The notes beneath the pieces were generated by a model, which did no database searches, was not told the DNA's origin, and worked only from the letters and a program-made list of their open reading frames with translations. Positions 27,061 to 35,605 of a DNA stretch of 64,000 bases are shown piece by piece. The position numbers and the translations under genes are program-made. Position 1 is the stretch's first letter. Each line of letters opens with the position of its first letter. This stretch comes from Candidatus Euphemobacter frigidus. Lineage in GTDB: Bacteria > Auribacterota > Erginobacteria > Erginobacterales > Erginobacteraceae. The stretch covers positions 19,047 to 83,046 of the forward strand of contig JAVCDH010000091.1 in the NCBI GenBank assembly GCA_030765805.1, read 5' to 3'.

Positions 27061-27080
27061 GCAGCACCACACTATACGGA

Positions 27081-27692
27081 TTACTGATCATCAATAACAT
27101 CTGGCGAACTGCCACCCGGGCCGGCTTTTAGTTCAGCTTTGCGGGCCAGGAGGTGCTTCACATAGACGGAAGTGTCGCCGCCCATCTTCAGCCGGGAGCG
27201 GGCCAGCTTCTTCTCGACTTCCTGGAGGGACATCAGGCGAATCTTCTTGTTCGGCGTGGCTTCCGGCTCCTCTTCCACCTCTTCTCCACCTTCCTCGGAC
27301 GGAGCAACTTCCTCTTCTCCTGCTGCCACGGCAGTTGTTTCTGCCGCTGGGGCTGCTTCTTCCTTCGCCGGAGCTGCTTCTTCCTTCGCCGGGGCCGCTT
27401 CTTCCTTCGCTGGGGCTGTTTCTTCCCCCGCCGGGGCCGTTTCTTCTTCCGCCGGGGCCGTTTCTTCTTCCGCCGGGGCCGCTTCTTCCTTCGCCGGGGC
27501 CGCTTCTTCTTCCGCCCGGGTTGCTTCTTCCTTCGCCGGGGCTTCTTCTTCCTTCGCCGGGGCTTCTTCTTCCTTCGCCGGGGCTTCTTCTTCCTTCGGG
27601 GCTGCTTCTTCAACTACTGGAGCTTCTTTATCAGTCGGCGTAGTTTGAGTTTGATCAGTGGTCTCTTCCATCTCTTTCTTTTCTTTGGTCAT
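27081..27692 (-). CDS. acidic Ala/Pro/Glu-rich repeat protein with conserved C-terminal domain
   Basis: GGAG SD 8 nt upstream of the ATG. About 14 tandem heptad repeats (EEAPAKE / EEAAPAK), then the C-terminal segment KKIRLMSLQEVEKKLARSRLKMGGDTSVYVKHLLARKAELKAG. The antisense frames (RRGRFF..., AGAASSF...) are rejected. Confidence 0.5.
   Translation of the reverse strand: MTKEKKEMEETTDQTQTTPTDKEAPVVEEAAPKEEEAPAKEEEAPAKEEEAPAKEEATRAEEEAAPAKEEAAPAEEETAPAEEETAPAGEETAPAKEEAAPAKEEAAPAKEEAAPAAETTAVAAGEEEVAPSEEGGEEVEEEPEATPNKKIRLMSLQEVEKKLARSRLKMGGDTSVYVKHLLARKAELKAGPGGSSPDVIDDQ
27290..27620. repeat. 21-bp tandem repeat array (coding, (EEAAPAK)n)
   Basis: Repeating unit ttcttccttcgccggggccgc and variants are directly visible. 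Confidence 0.85.
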
Positions 27693-27784
27693 TGCTGTTT
27701 CTCCTCTATGTAATCCTGTTTTTATGTTTGAAGGTTATCCCGGTTTTTTCAGAGGCTCTGATATAATCAGAATAAAGAAGGTTT

Positions 27785-29410
27785 TTAAAGTGAATTATTT
27801 CCACTGTGTTTGCGTGGTAACTTGAGGATGGTATCTCTGCGGAAGTGACGGTCGTCCTTTTCGGGATAATCAAGGCTGTAATGAAGCCCCCGGCTTTCTT
27901 TTCGCTTTGAGGCGGAGTAAATAATCAACTCGGCGACGGTGGCGATATTCCTCAGTTCAATCAAGTCGGCCGTGATAATGAAGTCCCAGTAGTACTGGTT
28001 AATTTCCTTCTTCAGGTTGCGGATCCGTCGCTTCGCCCGGGCCAGACGTTTGTCGGAGCGGACGATTCCCACGTAGTTCCACATCAGCCGCCGGATCTCG
28101 TCCCAGTTATGGGCCACCATGACCGCCTCGTGGGCGTCGACCGCGTGGCCGATCTTCCAGGAGGGAAGTTGGGGAATGGACAAGGGGGGGGGGCTCTCGG
28201 AACAGACCAGTTCCGCCGCCCGGTCGGCGAAGACCAGTGCTTCCAGTAGAGAGTTGCTCGCCAGGCGGTTCGCTCCGTGAAGTCCGGTGTGGGCGACCTC
28301 GCCGATCGCCAGGAGGCCCGGTATGGTGGTGCGGCCCCGGTCGTCGGTCTGTACTCCCCCGCAGGAGTAATGGGCGGCCGGGACGACCGGGATCGGAATC
28401 CTGGTCATATCAAAACCGAACTGCCGGCACTCCCGGTAGATGTGGGGGAAACGTTTCTTGATAAACGCGGCGGGCTGGTGGGTGATATCCAGCAGGACGT
28501 AATCATCTCCGCTCTTTTTCATCTCGGTGTCGATCGCCCGGGCGGTGATATCCCGGGGGGCCAGGCTCTTCATCCGGTGGTAACGGTGCATGAAAGGGCG
28601 CCCGGCGGCGGTCTTGAGAATGCCGCCCTCTCCCCGGACAGCTTCCGAGATCAAGAATGATTTTGCTTCCGGGTGAAAAAGGCAGGTGGGATGGAACTGC
28701 ATGAACTCCATATTGGCGATTCTCGCCCCCGCGCGGTAAGCCATGGCAACCCCATCGCCGGCGGTGGTATCCGGGTTGCTGGTATAGAGATAAACCTTGG
28801 CGGCCCCGCCGGTGGCGAGGATGGTGGTATGAGCCAGGAATGTCTTTACCCGCCCGCTCTTGCTGTCCAGGACATATGCGCCCCAGCATCTTATCTTCCG
28901 GTCGGAAGGATTGATAGTGGTAATGAGGTTGACCGCGATATGATTCTCGTAAACCTTGATCCGGCGGTCGCTTCGGACGGCGTTGACCAGACATTTTTCT
29001 ATCTCCGCGCCGGTCTGATCGGCGGCGTGGAGTACCCTCCGCCGGGAGTGCCCTCCCTCGCGGCCCAAATCGTACTCCTTTCGGTTCTGCCGGCTCTTAG
29101 TAAAGCTGACCCCCAGATCGATCAGTTCCCGGATCCGGTCCGGGGCGCTGTTGACCACCATCTCGACCACCTCCGGACGGCAAAGGCCGTCTCCGGTCCG
29201 CAGGGTATCCCGGATATGGTCCTGGAACGAATCTTCCCGGTCGGTAACCGCGGCGATACCGCCCTGAGCGTAACGGCTGCTGGATTCGGCGATATCCTGT
29301 TTGGTTACCAGCGCGATCGACCCGGCGCCGATCGCCTTCAGAGAGAAACTCAACCCGGCCAGTCCGCTCCCGATGACTAAAAAATCGGTTGTTATCCGGT
29401 CGGCTTTCAT
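27785..29410 (-). CDS. nadB: L-aspartate oxidase (FAD-dependent; succinate dehydrogenase/fumarate reductase flavoprotein superfamily)
   Basis: FAD-binding [16 protein letters not shown]...[10 protein letters not shown], and [24 protein letters not shown]. Length and C-terminal region fit NadB better than SdhA/FrdA. ATG at 29410 (the tool start at 29413 is a TTG). Confidence 0.75.
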   Translation of the reverse strand: MKADRITTDFLVIGSGLAGLSFSLKAIGAGSIALVTKQDIAESSSRYAQGGIAAVTDREDSFQDHIRDTLRTGDGLCRPEVVEMVVNSAPDRIRELIDLGVSFTKSRQNRKEYDLGREGGHSRRRVLHAADQTGAEIEKCLVNAVRSDRRIKVYENHIAVNLITTINPSDRKIRCWGAYVLDSKSGRVKTFLAHTTILATGGAAKVYLYTSNPDTTAGDGVAMAYRAGARIANMEFMQFHPTCLFHPEAKSFLISEAVRGEGGILKTAAGRPFMHRYHRMKSLAPRDITARAIDTEMKKSGDDYVLLDITHQPAAFIKKRFPHIYRECRQFGFDMTRIPIPVVPAAHYSCGGVQTDDRGRTTIPGLLAIGEVAHTGLHGANRLASNSLLEALVFADRAAELVCSESPPPLSIPQLPSWKIGHAVDAHEAVMVAHNWDEIRRLMWNYVGIVRSDKRLARAKRRIRNLKKEINQYYWDFIITADLIELRNIATVAELIIYSASKRKESRGLHYSLDYPEKDDRHFRRDTILKLPRKHSGNNSL

Positions 29411-29420
29411 CAATAGAGTC

Positions 29421-30263
29421 TCACAACACCGCGGTCTTGTGACGGGTCACCGGGCAGTCGAGGTTGATCGCGACCGGGAGACTGGCAATATGGCAGGGAG
29501 AGGTAAGGATATGGCAGTCGAGACAGGTGGCTCTCCCACCCAGGCCCCCGGGACCGATCCCGGTTTGATTGAGCCGGTCGATGATAGCCACTTCCATTTC
29601 GGCGTAGAACGGATCGGGGTTGCGGGAGCCGATGGGGAGGAGGAGCGATTTCTTGGCCCGGAGGGGCGCTTCCTCGAAATTTCCGCCCAGTCCGACGCCG
29701 ACAATAACCGGGGGACATGAGTTGGCTCCGGCTCCTTCCACCCATTCGACCACGAATTCCGTTATCTCCTCCGGTTCGGTGCCCGGGATCATCATCCTGA
29801 TCGTGGACATGTTCTCACTTCCGGCTCCTTTGGCGGCGACGGTTATCTTCAACCGGTCTCCGGGAACGATCTCGGTATGGACCAGGGGCGGGGTATTATC
29901 TCCGGTATTCTCCCGCCGCAATGGATCGGCCACGATTGAGGCGCGGAGGAAGCCCTCTCGGCATCCTTGCCGGATACCTTCATCAATAGCCTTTTGCAGG
30001 TCCCCCCCCGTGATATGGAGGTCCTGACCCAACTCCAGGAAGACGATGGCGACACCGGTATCCTGGCAGACCGGGACAGATTCAGCCCGGGCGGTTTTCG
30101 CGTTTTCTAAGAGTCGGCCGAGAATATCACGCCCGGTAACCGATTCTTCGTTGGATAGAGCCTCCTCAAGGGAGATGAGAAGATCGTCGTTCAGGACGTA
30201 ACTGGCTTCCAGATAGAGCTCTTTGACGGTCCGGGTTATCTCGCCTGTTTTTATCTCTCGCAT
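29421..30263 (-). CDS. class I (Fe-S) fumarate hydratase alpha subunit
   Basis: 280 aa. [33 protein letters not shown] (Cys ligands), typical FumA N-terminal domain. Confidence 0.85.
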   Translation of the reverse strand: MREIKTGEITRTVKELYLEASYVLNDDLLISLEEALSNEESVTGRDILGRLLENAKTARAESVPVCQDTGVAIVFLELGQDLHITGGDLQKAIDEGIRQGCREGFLRASIVADPLRRENTGDNTPPLVHTEIVPGDRLKITVAAKGAGSENMSTIRMMIPGTEPEEITEFVVEWVEGAGANSCPPVIVGVGLGGNFEEAPLRAKKSLLLPIGSRNPDPFYAEMEVAIIDRLNQTGIGPGGLGGRATCLDCHILTSPCHIASLPVAINLDCPVTRHKTAVL

Positions 30264-30291
30264 AAAATATTCCCATAGGAACCTGTTTTAT

Positions 30292-31626
30292 TTATAAATC
30301 GGGCTCTTGAATAAATCCCTCACGCACCAGCATCTCGGCTTCGGCGCGCGCCCGCTTGATTATTGTTTCGGCGGTTCGATAGAGGTCTTCCCGGGTGAAC
30401 TTCTTCAGAGCTACTCCCTCCTCGATCGCCCGCATACCGACCGCGGTCGCGATTCTGGGGTAGACCTCCCACTCCTCCATGGTGGGGATGAGGTGTTCCT
30501 CGCTCAGGCCCAGTTCTCTCGCGCAACGAGCCAGTTCGAGTGAAGCGGCGATGCACATCCCATCGGAGATCCCGGATGCCCTCACGTCGAGCGCTCCCCG
30601 GAATATTCCCGGAAAACCCAGGGAGTTGTTTATCTGGTTGGGAAAGTCGCTTCTTCCGGTCGCCACGATCCGCGCTCCCGCCTCTTTGGCCTCCCAGGGC
30701 CATATTTCCGGGACAGGGTTGGCGCAGGCGAAACAGATTGCGTTATGATTCATCCGGGAGATCCATTCTTTTCTTATTGTGTTCGGCCCGGGCCGGGAGA
30801 GGGCGATCATAACGTCAGCCCCCTCCATCGCTTCCGGAATCCCGCCGCTTACTCCCGCCCGGTTTGTTGTTTCGCACATCTCCCATTTGAGCCGGTGGGT
30901 TTTTCTCAGTTCGGCCCGTCCTTTGTGGAGCGTGCCTTTGCTGTCGCAGATGATGATATTGTCAGGGTTAGCCCCAAAGGCGATTATCAGCCGGGCGACC
31001 GAGAGGTTAGCCGCCCCGGCCCCGACCAGGGCTATCTTCACGAGTCCGATCTTCTTGCCCACGATCTCGAGGGCGTTGATCAGCCCGGCCAGGGTGACGG
31101 CCGCGGTTCCCTGCTGGTCATCGTGCCAGACCGGGATGCGGCACTCCCGCCGGAGGCGATCAAGGATGGTGAAACACTTGGGCTGGGCGATATCTTCCAG
31201 GTTGATTCCACCGAAAGATGGCTGGAGGATCTCGACGGTTCTGATCAGTTCTTCCGGATCATCCGTATCCAGGCAGATTGGGAAGGCATCGACGCCCCCC
31301 AGGTATTTAAAGAGAAGAGCCTTGCCTTCCATGGTGGGCAAAGCTGCCTCCGGGCCAATATTTCCCAGCCCGAGAACCCGTGATCCGTCGGAGACCACGG
31401 CGACCGTGTTCCATTTGTTGGTGTAGTCGTAGACCAGGGCGGGGTTTTGATGGATCTCGGAAGAGACGGCGGCGACCCCCGGAGTGTACCAGATCGCGAA
31501 ATCATCCGGAGAACTGACCCGGCATTTGGGAACGATCTCGATCTTCCCCCGGTAGAAAGGATGGAGTCTCAGAGCGTCCCGGCCGGGCTGATCAGCCTTC
31601 TCTAAAAGTTCTTCTTTGGTAGGCAT
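30292..31626 (-). CDS. maeB: NAD(P)-dependent malic enzyme (oxaloacetate-decarboxylating malate dehydrogenase)
   Basis: ATG at 31626 (MPTKEEL...). LRLHPFYRGKIEIVPKC...AIWYTPGVA...VVSDGSRVLGLGNIGPEAALPTMEGKALLFK...KIALVGAGAA. Confidence 0.9.
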   Translation of the reverse strand: MPTKEELLEKADQPGRDALRLHPFYRGKIEIVPKCRVSSPDDFAIWYTPGVAAVSSEIHQNPALVYDYTNKWNTVAVVSDGSRVLGLGNIGPEAALPTMEGKALLFKYLGGVDAFPICLDTDDPEELIRTVEILQPSFGGINLEDIAQPKCFTILDRLRRECRIPVWHDDQQGTAAVTLAGLINALEIVGKKIGLVKIALVGAGAANLSVARLIIAFGANPDNIIICDSKGTLHKGRAELRKTHRLKWEMCETTNRAGVSGGIPEAMEGADVMIALSRPGPNTIRKEWISRMNHNAICFACANPVPEIWPWEAKEAGARIVATGRSDFPNQINNSLGFPGIFRGALDVRASGISDGMCIAASLELARCARELGLSEEHLIPTMEEWEVYPRIATAVGMRAIEEGVALKKFTREDLYRTAETIIKRARAEAEMLVREGFIQEPDL

Positions 31627-31658
31627 TAAAATTTTTCTCCGAAAAATTTTAACGTAAT

Positions 31659-31724
31659 CAGTCACCAGTCACTATTCACCAGTCACTATTCACCAGTCCC
31701 CAGTCCCCAGTCACCAGTCACCAT
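31659..31724. repeat. heptamer array (CAGTCAC / CAGTCCC / TATTCAC units; same family as 7156-7311, reverse orientation)
   Basis: cagtcaccagtcactattcaccagtcactattcaccagtccccagtccccagtcaccagtcacca. The last unit contains the TGA stop (31718-31720) of the downstream dehydrogenase gene. Confidence 0.85.
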
Positions 31725-32914
31725 CTCCGCCACTTCTCTTCCAGCTCGGAATCGATCAGGGTCTCCAATAGATAATCGGTGATCTCCCGGGTGGTGGCGC
31801 CTCCCGGTCTTCCGGTGACCGTCAGTCTCTTCTCGTACTGGCCGCAGATATCCAGGGCCATCTCGAGCTTCTTGGCCCGGTCGGGATATCCTATCTGGGC
31901 CAGGAGCATCGCGGCCGCCCGGATCATGCTGAAGGGGTCCGCGAACCGTTCCCGCCCCTCTTTCACCATCCGGGGGGCGCTGCCGTGGATGGCTTCGAAC
32001 ATCGCGGAGCGTCGTCCGATATTGGCGCTCCCGGCGGTGCCGACCCCCCCCTGGATCTGGGCGGCTTCATCGGTGAGGATATCTCCATAAAGATTAGGGA
32101 GAACGAAGACCTGGAACCCGGCCCTCCGGTTGGGGTCGAGGAGTTTCGCGGTCATAATATCGATGTACCAGTCATCGGCCTCGATCTCCGGGTACTCGGC
32201 GGCGATTCGGAAGAAGGTGTCGAGGAAGAGGCCGTCCGTGGTCTTGATCACGTTAGCCTTGGAGACGGCGGTGATCCGTTGCCGGCGGTTTTTCCGGGCG
32301 TATTCAAAAGCCAGCCTGATGATCCGCTCGGATCCGGGACCGGTTATTACCTTAAAATCAAGAGCCAGGTCATCCGTTACTAGGAAGCCGTCGCTGCCCA
32401 GCATGTAGGCGCCTTCGGTATTCTCCCGGAAGAAGGTCCAGTCGATCCCGAGTTCAGGGACCCGGACCGGACGGACGTTGGCGAAGAGATCGAGTTCTTT
32501 GCGTAGGGCGACATTGGCACTTTCAATGTTGGGCTCGGGGTCGCCCTTACGGGGGGTGGTAGTAGGTCCTTTTAAAAGGACCGGGCATCTCTTTATCTCC
32601 TCCCGGACCTGATCCGGAATGGCCTGATGGACCGCGGCTCGGTTCTCGATGGTCAACCCTTCAATGAAACGGAACCGGACCGCGCCCTTCTCGAGTTCCG
32701 GTTTCAGAATCGTCTCCAGTACTCTCTGTGCCTCCCGGGTGATGACCGGGCCGATCCCATCCCCCCCGATAATCCCGATCCGGAGCGGTCGAAGACCACG
32801 GTAATCGATCCATTCGGGTGCTTCTTTCAGCCTCTCCACTCGACCGAGTTGCGCCTCCAGGATGCGCTCGAACCGCTTCCGGGCTTCTTTAACCGCTGCC
32901 CGGTCAATCTTCAT
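31718..32914 (-). CDS. isocitrate / 3-isopropylmalate / homoisocitrate dehydrogenase-family enzyme (NAD(P)-dependent beta-decarboxylating dehydrogenase)
   Basis: ATG at 32914 (MKIDRAAV...). IGIIGGDGIGPVITREA, NLYGDILTDEAAQIQGGVGTAGSANIG, AMFEAIHGSAPRMV. The start overlaps the upstream synthase gene by 11 nt. Confidence 0.8.
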   Translation of the reverse strand: MKIDRAAVKEARKRFERILEAQLGRVERLKEAPEWIDYRGLRPLRIGIIGGDGIGPVITREAQRVLETILKPELEKGAVRFRFIEGLTIENRAAVHQAIPDQVREEIKRCPVLLKGPTTTPRKGDPEPNIESANVALRKELDLFANVRPVRVPELGIDWTFFRENTEGAYMLGSDGFLVTDDLALDFKVITGPGSERIIRLAFEYARKNRRQRITAVSKANVIKTTDGLFLDTFFRIAAEYPEIEADDWYIDIMTAKLLDPNRRAGFQVFVLPNLYGDILTDEAAQIQGGVGTAGSANIGRRSAMFEAIHGSAPRMVKEGRERFADPFSMIRAAAMLLAQIGYPDRAKKLEMALDICGQYEKRLTVTGRPGGATTREITDYLLETLIDSELEEKWRRW

Positions 32915-34745
32915 GCGGATGCTGCTCCTCTTCCAGTTTGGCGGCGTCTTCAAAGCGGAAATCCGCCCCCAGGACGCCGGCAATCTCCTCCTGATCATCA
33001 CGGATCGGGGCGGAGACGGTTATGCAGAGTACCCCGTCGAAGCGGGAGATATAGAAGTCGGTCACGTAGGGAGAACCGTCCTTCATTGGATTGACGAACC
33101 AGTTCCGATCGGAGAAGTCCTGATGGAGGTCAAATTCTTTATCATACTTGGCCCGGTCGTAGGGATGAACCACATTCCGGGTTATTTTTATCCCCTTAAT
33201 ATCGGTAATGTAGAGGTATTTGATAAAAGGATCTTTCACGATGTATTCTTCCAGAACCGGCTCCATGCGTCCGGGAACCATGGAGCGGATCTCCGGGTTT
33301 TTGACCATTGCCTTCACCAGATCAATTGCGATCGCGGCCACCCGATCCTTGATCCGATCGAACTCGGACTTGAAGAGATGGGGAAGATGCTTCGTAACCT
33401 GTACCATCATCTCGGCCGAGGATATAGCTGTCGATCGTCCATCCCGGTATTGCTCGTTCACCCAGTGCCGGAGGTTGACCACACCGGGATGGTTCTTGTT
33501 GAGCTTCGCGGTCTCCAGGTCGGTCTGAGTCTGGATCCAGTAGATGATCCCCGCGATACCGGATTTATCGGTAACCGCGATCGAGGGGGGCCGGTTGAGA
33601 AGGGCCCCGGTATCGAAGATATTATAGATCTCCTCGTTTTTGATCGCCCCGTCGGCATGGATCCCGGCCCGGGTAATATTGAAATCGCGCCCCACCAGCG
33701 GCATATTGTAGGGGACCTTGAAGAGGATCTCCTTTTTAAAGTAATCCGCCAGTTTGGTAATTACCGAGAGATCCATCCCGTTGGCGCTCCCGGTGAGTTC
33801 GGCGTAGGTGATGCAGGCTATCTCGATCGGGGTATTGCCGGTCCGTTCCCCCAAACCGAGGACGGTGGCATTCAGGGCCGAACAGCCGAAGAGCCAGGCC
33901 GCGACCGCGTTGGGTGTGGCCAGGTAAAAATCATTATGCCCATGCCACTCCAGCCACTCTTTGGGGACACCGGCTTCCCGGGTCATCACCCGGACCAGCT
34001 TGGGGACGCTGCGGGGCAGGGCGGCCTGGGCCCAGGGGACTCCGTAGCCCATCGTGTCGCAGAGCCGGATCTTGATCGGGGTCTTCGCTTCTCGGGCCAG
34101 CTCCATTAGCTCCTGGGCGAAGGGGACGATAAAGCCGTAGATATCGGCCCGGGTGACGTCCTCCAGGTGACAGCGGGGTATAATTCCACTGGAGAGGGCG
34201 CCCTTCACCAGAGCCAGATATTTTTCAGCCGCTTTCTCCCGGGTTGACTTGAGTTTGAGGAAGATGTGATAATCGGAAGCGGATGTCAGGATCCCGGTCT
34301 CTTTCAGTCCCATCTCCTTTACCAGTTGAAAATCCTTCTTTACCGCCCGGATCCACCCGGTTACTTCAGGATACCGGTAACCCCGTTCCAGGCATTTTCG
34401 GACCGCTTCTCTGTCTTTATCGGAATAGAGAAAAAACTCACACTGACGGATTACTCCGTTGGGTCCCCCCAGCTTGTGGAGGAGATCATAGATATCCACA
34501 ATCTCGTCGACGCTATAAGGAGGACGAGCTTGCTGGCCGTCCCGGAAGGTGGTGCAGGTGATCGTCAACTCATCCGGGGGATCGACCGGAATGGCGACCC
34601 CATCGAAGGCGATCCGGGGGACCTCGCTATAGGAGAAGAGGTCCCGGAAGAGATTTGGCTTCTCGATCTTTGTGATCTTCAGCTTCTTTCCGGTCGGTTC
34701 TCTCCAGATGTTATCGGAGGGATAAGTTAATGAAAATTTGTTCAT
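32904..34745 (-). CDS. HMGL-like (DRE-TIM) 2-isopropylmalate / homocitrate / Re-citrate synthase-family enzyme with unusual C-terminal Cache/PAS-like domain
   Basis: ATG at 34745 (MNKFSLTY...). Catalytic motifs TTFRDGQQ, HGHND, FNITRAGIHADGAIKNEEIY. The C-terminal ~200 aa carries a Cache-like signature: FVNPMKDGSPYVTDFYISRFDGVLCITVSAPIRDDQEEIAGVLGADF. Confidence 0.75.
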   Translation of the reverse strand: MNKFSLTYPSDNIWREPTGKKLKITKIEKPNLFRDLFSYSEVPRIAFDGVAIPVDPPDELTITCTTFRDGQQARPPYSVDEIVDIYDLLHKLGGPNGVIRQCEFFLYSDKDREAVRKCLERGYRYPEVTGWIRAVKKDFQLVKEMGLKETGILTSASDYHIFLKLKSTREKAAEKYLALVKGALSSGIIPRCHLEDVTRADIYGFIVPFAQELMELAREAKTPIKIRLCDTMGYGVPWAQAALPRSVPKLVRVMTREAGVPKEWLEWHGHNDFYLATPNAVAAWLFGCSALNATVLGLGERTGNTPIEIACITYAELTGSANGMDLSVITKLADYFKKEILFKVPYNMPLVGRDFNITRAGIHADGAIKNEEIYNIFDTGALLNRPPSIAVTDKSGIAGIIYWIQTQTDLETAKLNKNHPGVVNLRHWVNEQYRDGRSTAISSAEMMVQVTKHLPHLFKSEFDRIKDRVAAIAIDLVKAMVKNPEIRSMVPGRMEPVLEEYIVKDPFIKYLYITDIKGIKITRNVVHPYDRAKYDKEFDLHQDFSDRNWFVNPMKDGSPYVTDFYISRFDGVLCITVSAPIRDDQEEIAGVLGADFRFEDAAKLEEEQHPHED

Positions 34746-34793
34746 CTTTTGTAGGTTATAGTGAAATGACAGGAAAAGAAAAGAAAAAAATGA

Positions 34794-34909
34794 GGATGGG
34801 GAATGGGGAATAGGGAATGGGGAATAGGGAATGGGGAATAGGAATGGAGAATGGGGAATAGATAACGAGGTTTCCCCCCATTCCCTACTCCCTATTCCCC
34901 ATTCCCCAA
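34794..34909. repeat. palindromic heptamer array (GGGAATG / GGGAATA units and their reverse complement CCCTATT / CCCCATT)
   Basis: Left arm 34794-34860, 14-nt loop, right arm 34875-34909. The right arm encodes the last codons (LGNGE) and the TAG stop of the TPR lipoprotein gene. Confidence 0.85.
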
Positions 34910-35605
34910 TTTCGCTCGTTCCGGGGAGGGATAAAGCTCGAGACTCTTCTTGAGATGGTCGGCGGCCGCCTCTTCCTCTCCTCGTTCGTGGTAGATCAGG
35001 CTTAGATGGTAATGGGCCTCCCCCCGCAGATAGTTCTCTGCTAGGGGGGTCTCCTCCAGCGCGGATTTGAGGGTGGAGATGGCTTCCTCTTCCCGCCCTT
35101 TCCGGTAGAGGGCCCATCCGAGACTGTCCAGGTAGAGGTAGCGGTTCTCACGATCAGCCTTGATAGCCCGTTCCAGAAGCCCGATCGCGGCCGGGAGGTT
35201 CTTCCGGCGGATGATATAAACCCAGGCCAGGTTGTTGAGCGCCTGAGGCTGCTCCGGCTCCCGCTCCAGAGCCTGGAGGTAGAGTTCTTCCGCCTGGCCC
35301 AACTGATTGAGCTTGATATAGACGTTACCGGCGTTGATATAGGCCCGGGTCAGAGTGGGGTCCTTCCGCCGGGCGAGCCGGTACTGTTTCAGAGCTCCGT
35401 CCAGATCCCCCTCTTTCTCCAGCAGGACGCCGCGGTCGTTATGATAAGCGCCCTCCCGTTTCATAGTCCGAGAGTCCATTGGGGCCGTTTGACTCGGCAT
35501 GAAATGGTCGAGATCGACACCCTGAACGAACACCCGGTAGTTGGAGCATCCGGCCAGAGAGAGAAGAAAGACCAGGAGAGGGAATACGGTTCTACGGCAA
35601 TTCAT
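34892..35605 (-). CDS. TPR-repeat lipoprotein
   Basis: Signal + lipobox (LLSLAGCSNY), TPR units (AYINAGNVYIKLNQLGQAEELYLQALEREPEQPQALNNLAWVY). Confidence 0.6.
   Translation of the reverse strand: MNCRRTVFPLLVFLLSLAGCSNYRVFVQGVDLDHFMPSQTAPMDSRTMKREGAYHNDRGVLLEKEGDLDGALKQYRLARRKDPTLTRAYINAGNVYIKLNQLGQAEELYLQALEREPEQPQALNNLAWVYIIRRKNLPAAIGLLERAIKADRENRYLYLDSLGWALYRKGREEEAISTLKSALEETPLAENYLRGEAHYHLSLIYHERGEEEAAADHLKKSLELYPSPERAKLGNGE

Noticed and set aside
27153-27713. Basic (RRGRFF)n and (AGAASSF)n ORFs on the + strand opposite the acidic repeat protein.
   Set aside because: The minus-strand frame has an SD, a non-repetitive conserved C-terminus and a downstream terminator; the + frames are repeat translations only.
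28181-28191. Homopolymeric G(10-11) tract inside nadB (also G9 in ilvC near 20418 and G8 in gcvPA near 40203), considered as contingency-locus slippage sites.
   Set aside because: They simply encode PPP with CCC codons in conserved positions of housekeeping genes; no evidence of frameshifting. Kept only as a note that long homopolymers may cause sequencing or assembly indels.
30745-31426. Two overlapping + strand ORFs (212 and 215 aa) inside the malic enzyme gene.
   Set aside because: Antisense to a strongly supported malic enzyme CDS.
32862-34109. 415-aa + strand ORF antisense to the HMGL-like synthase.
   Set aside because: Overlaps a CDS with unambiguous catalytic motifs on the other strand.
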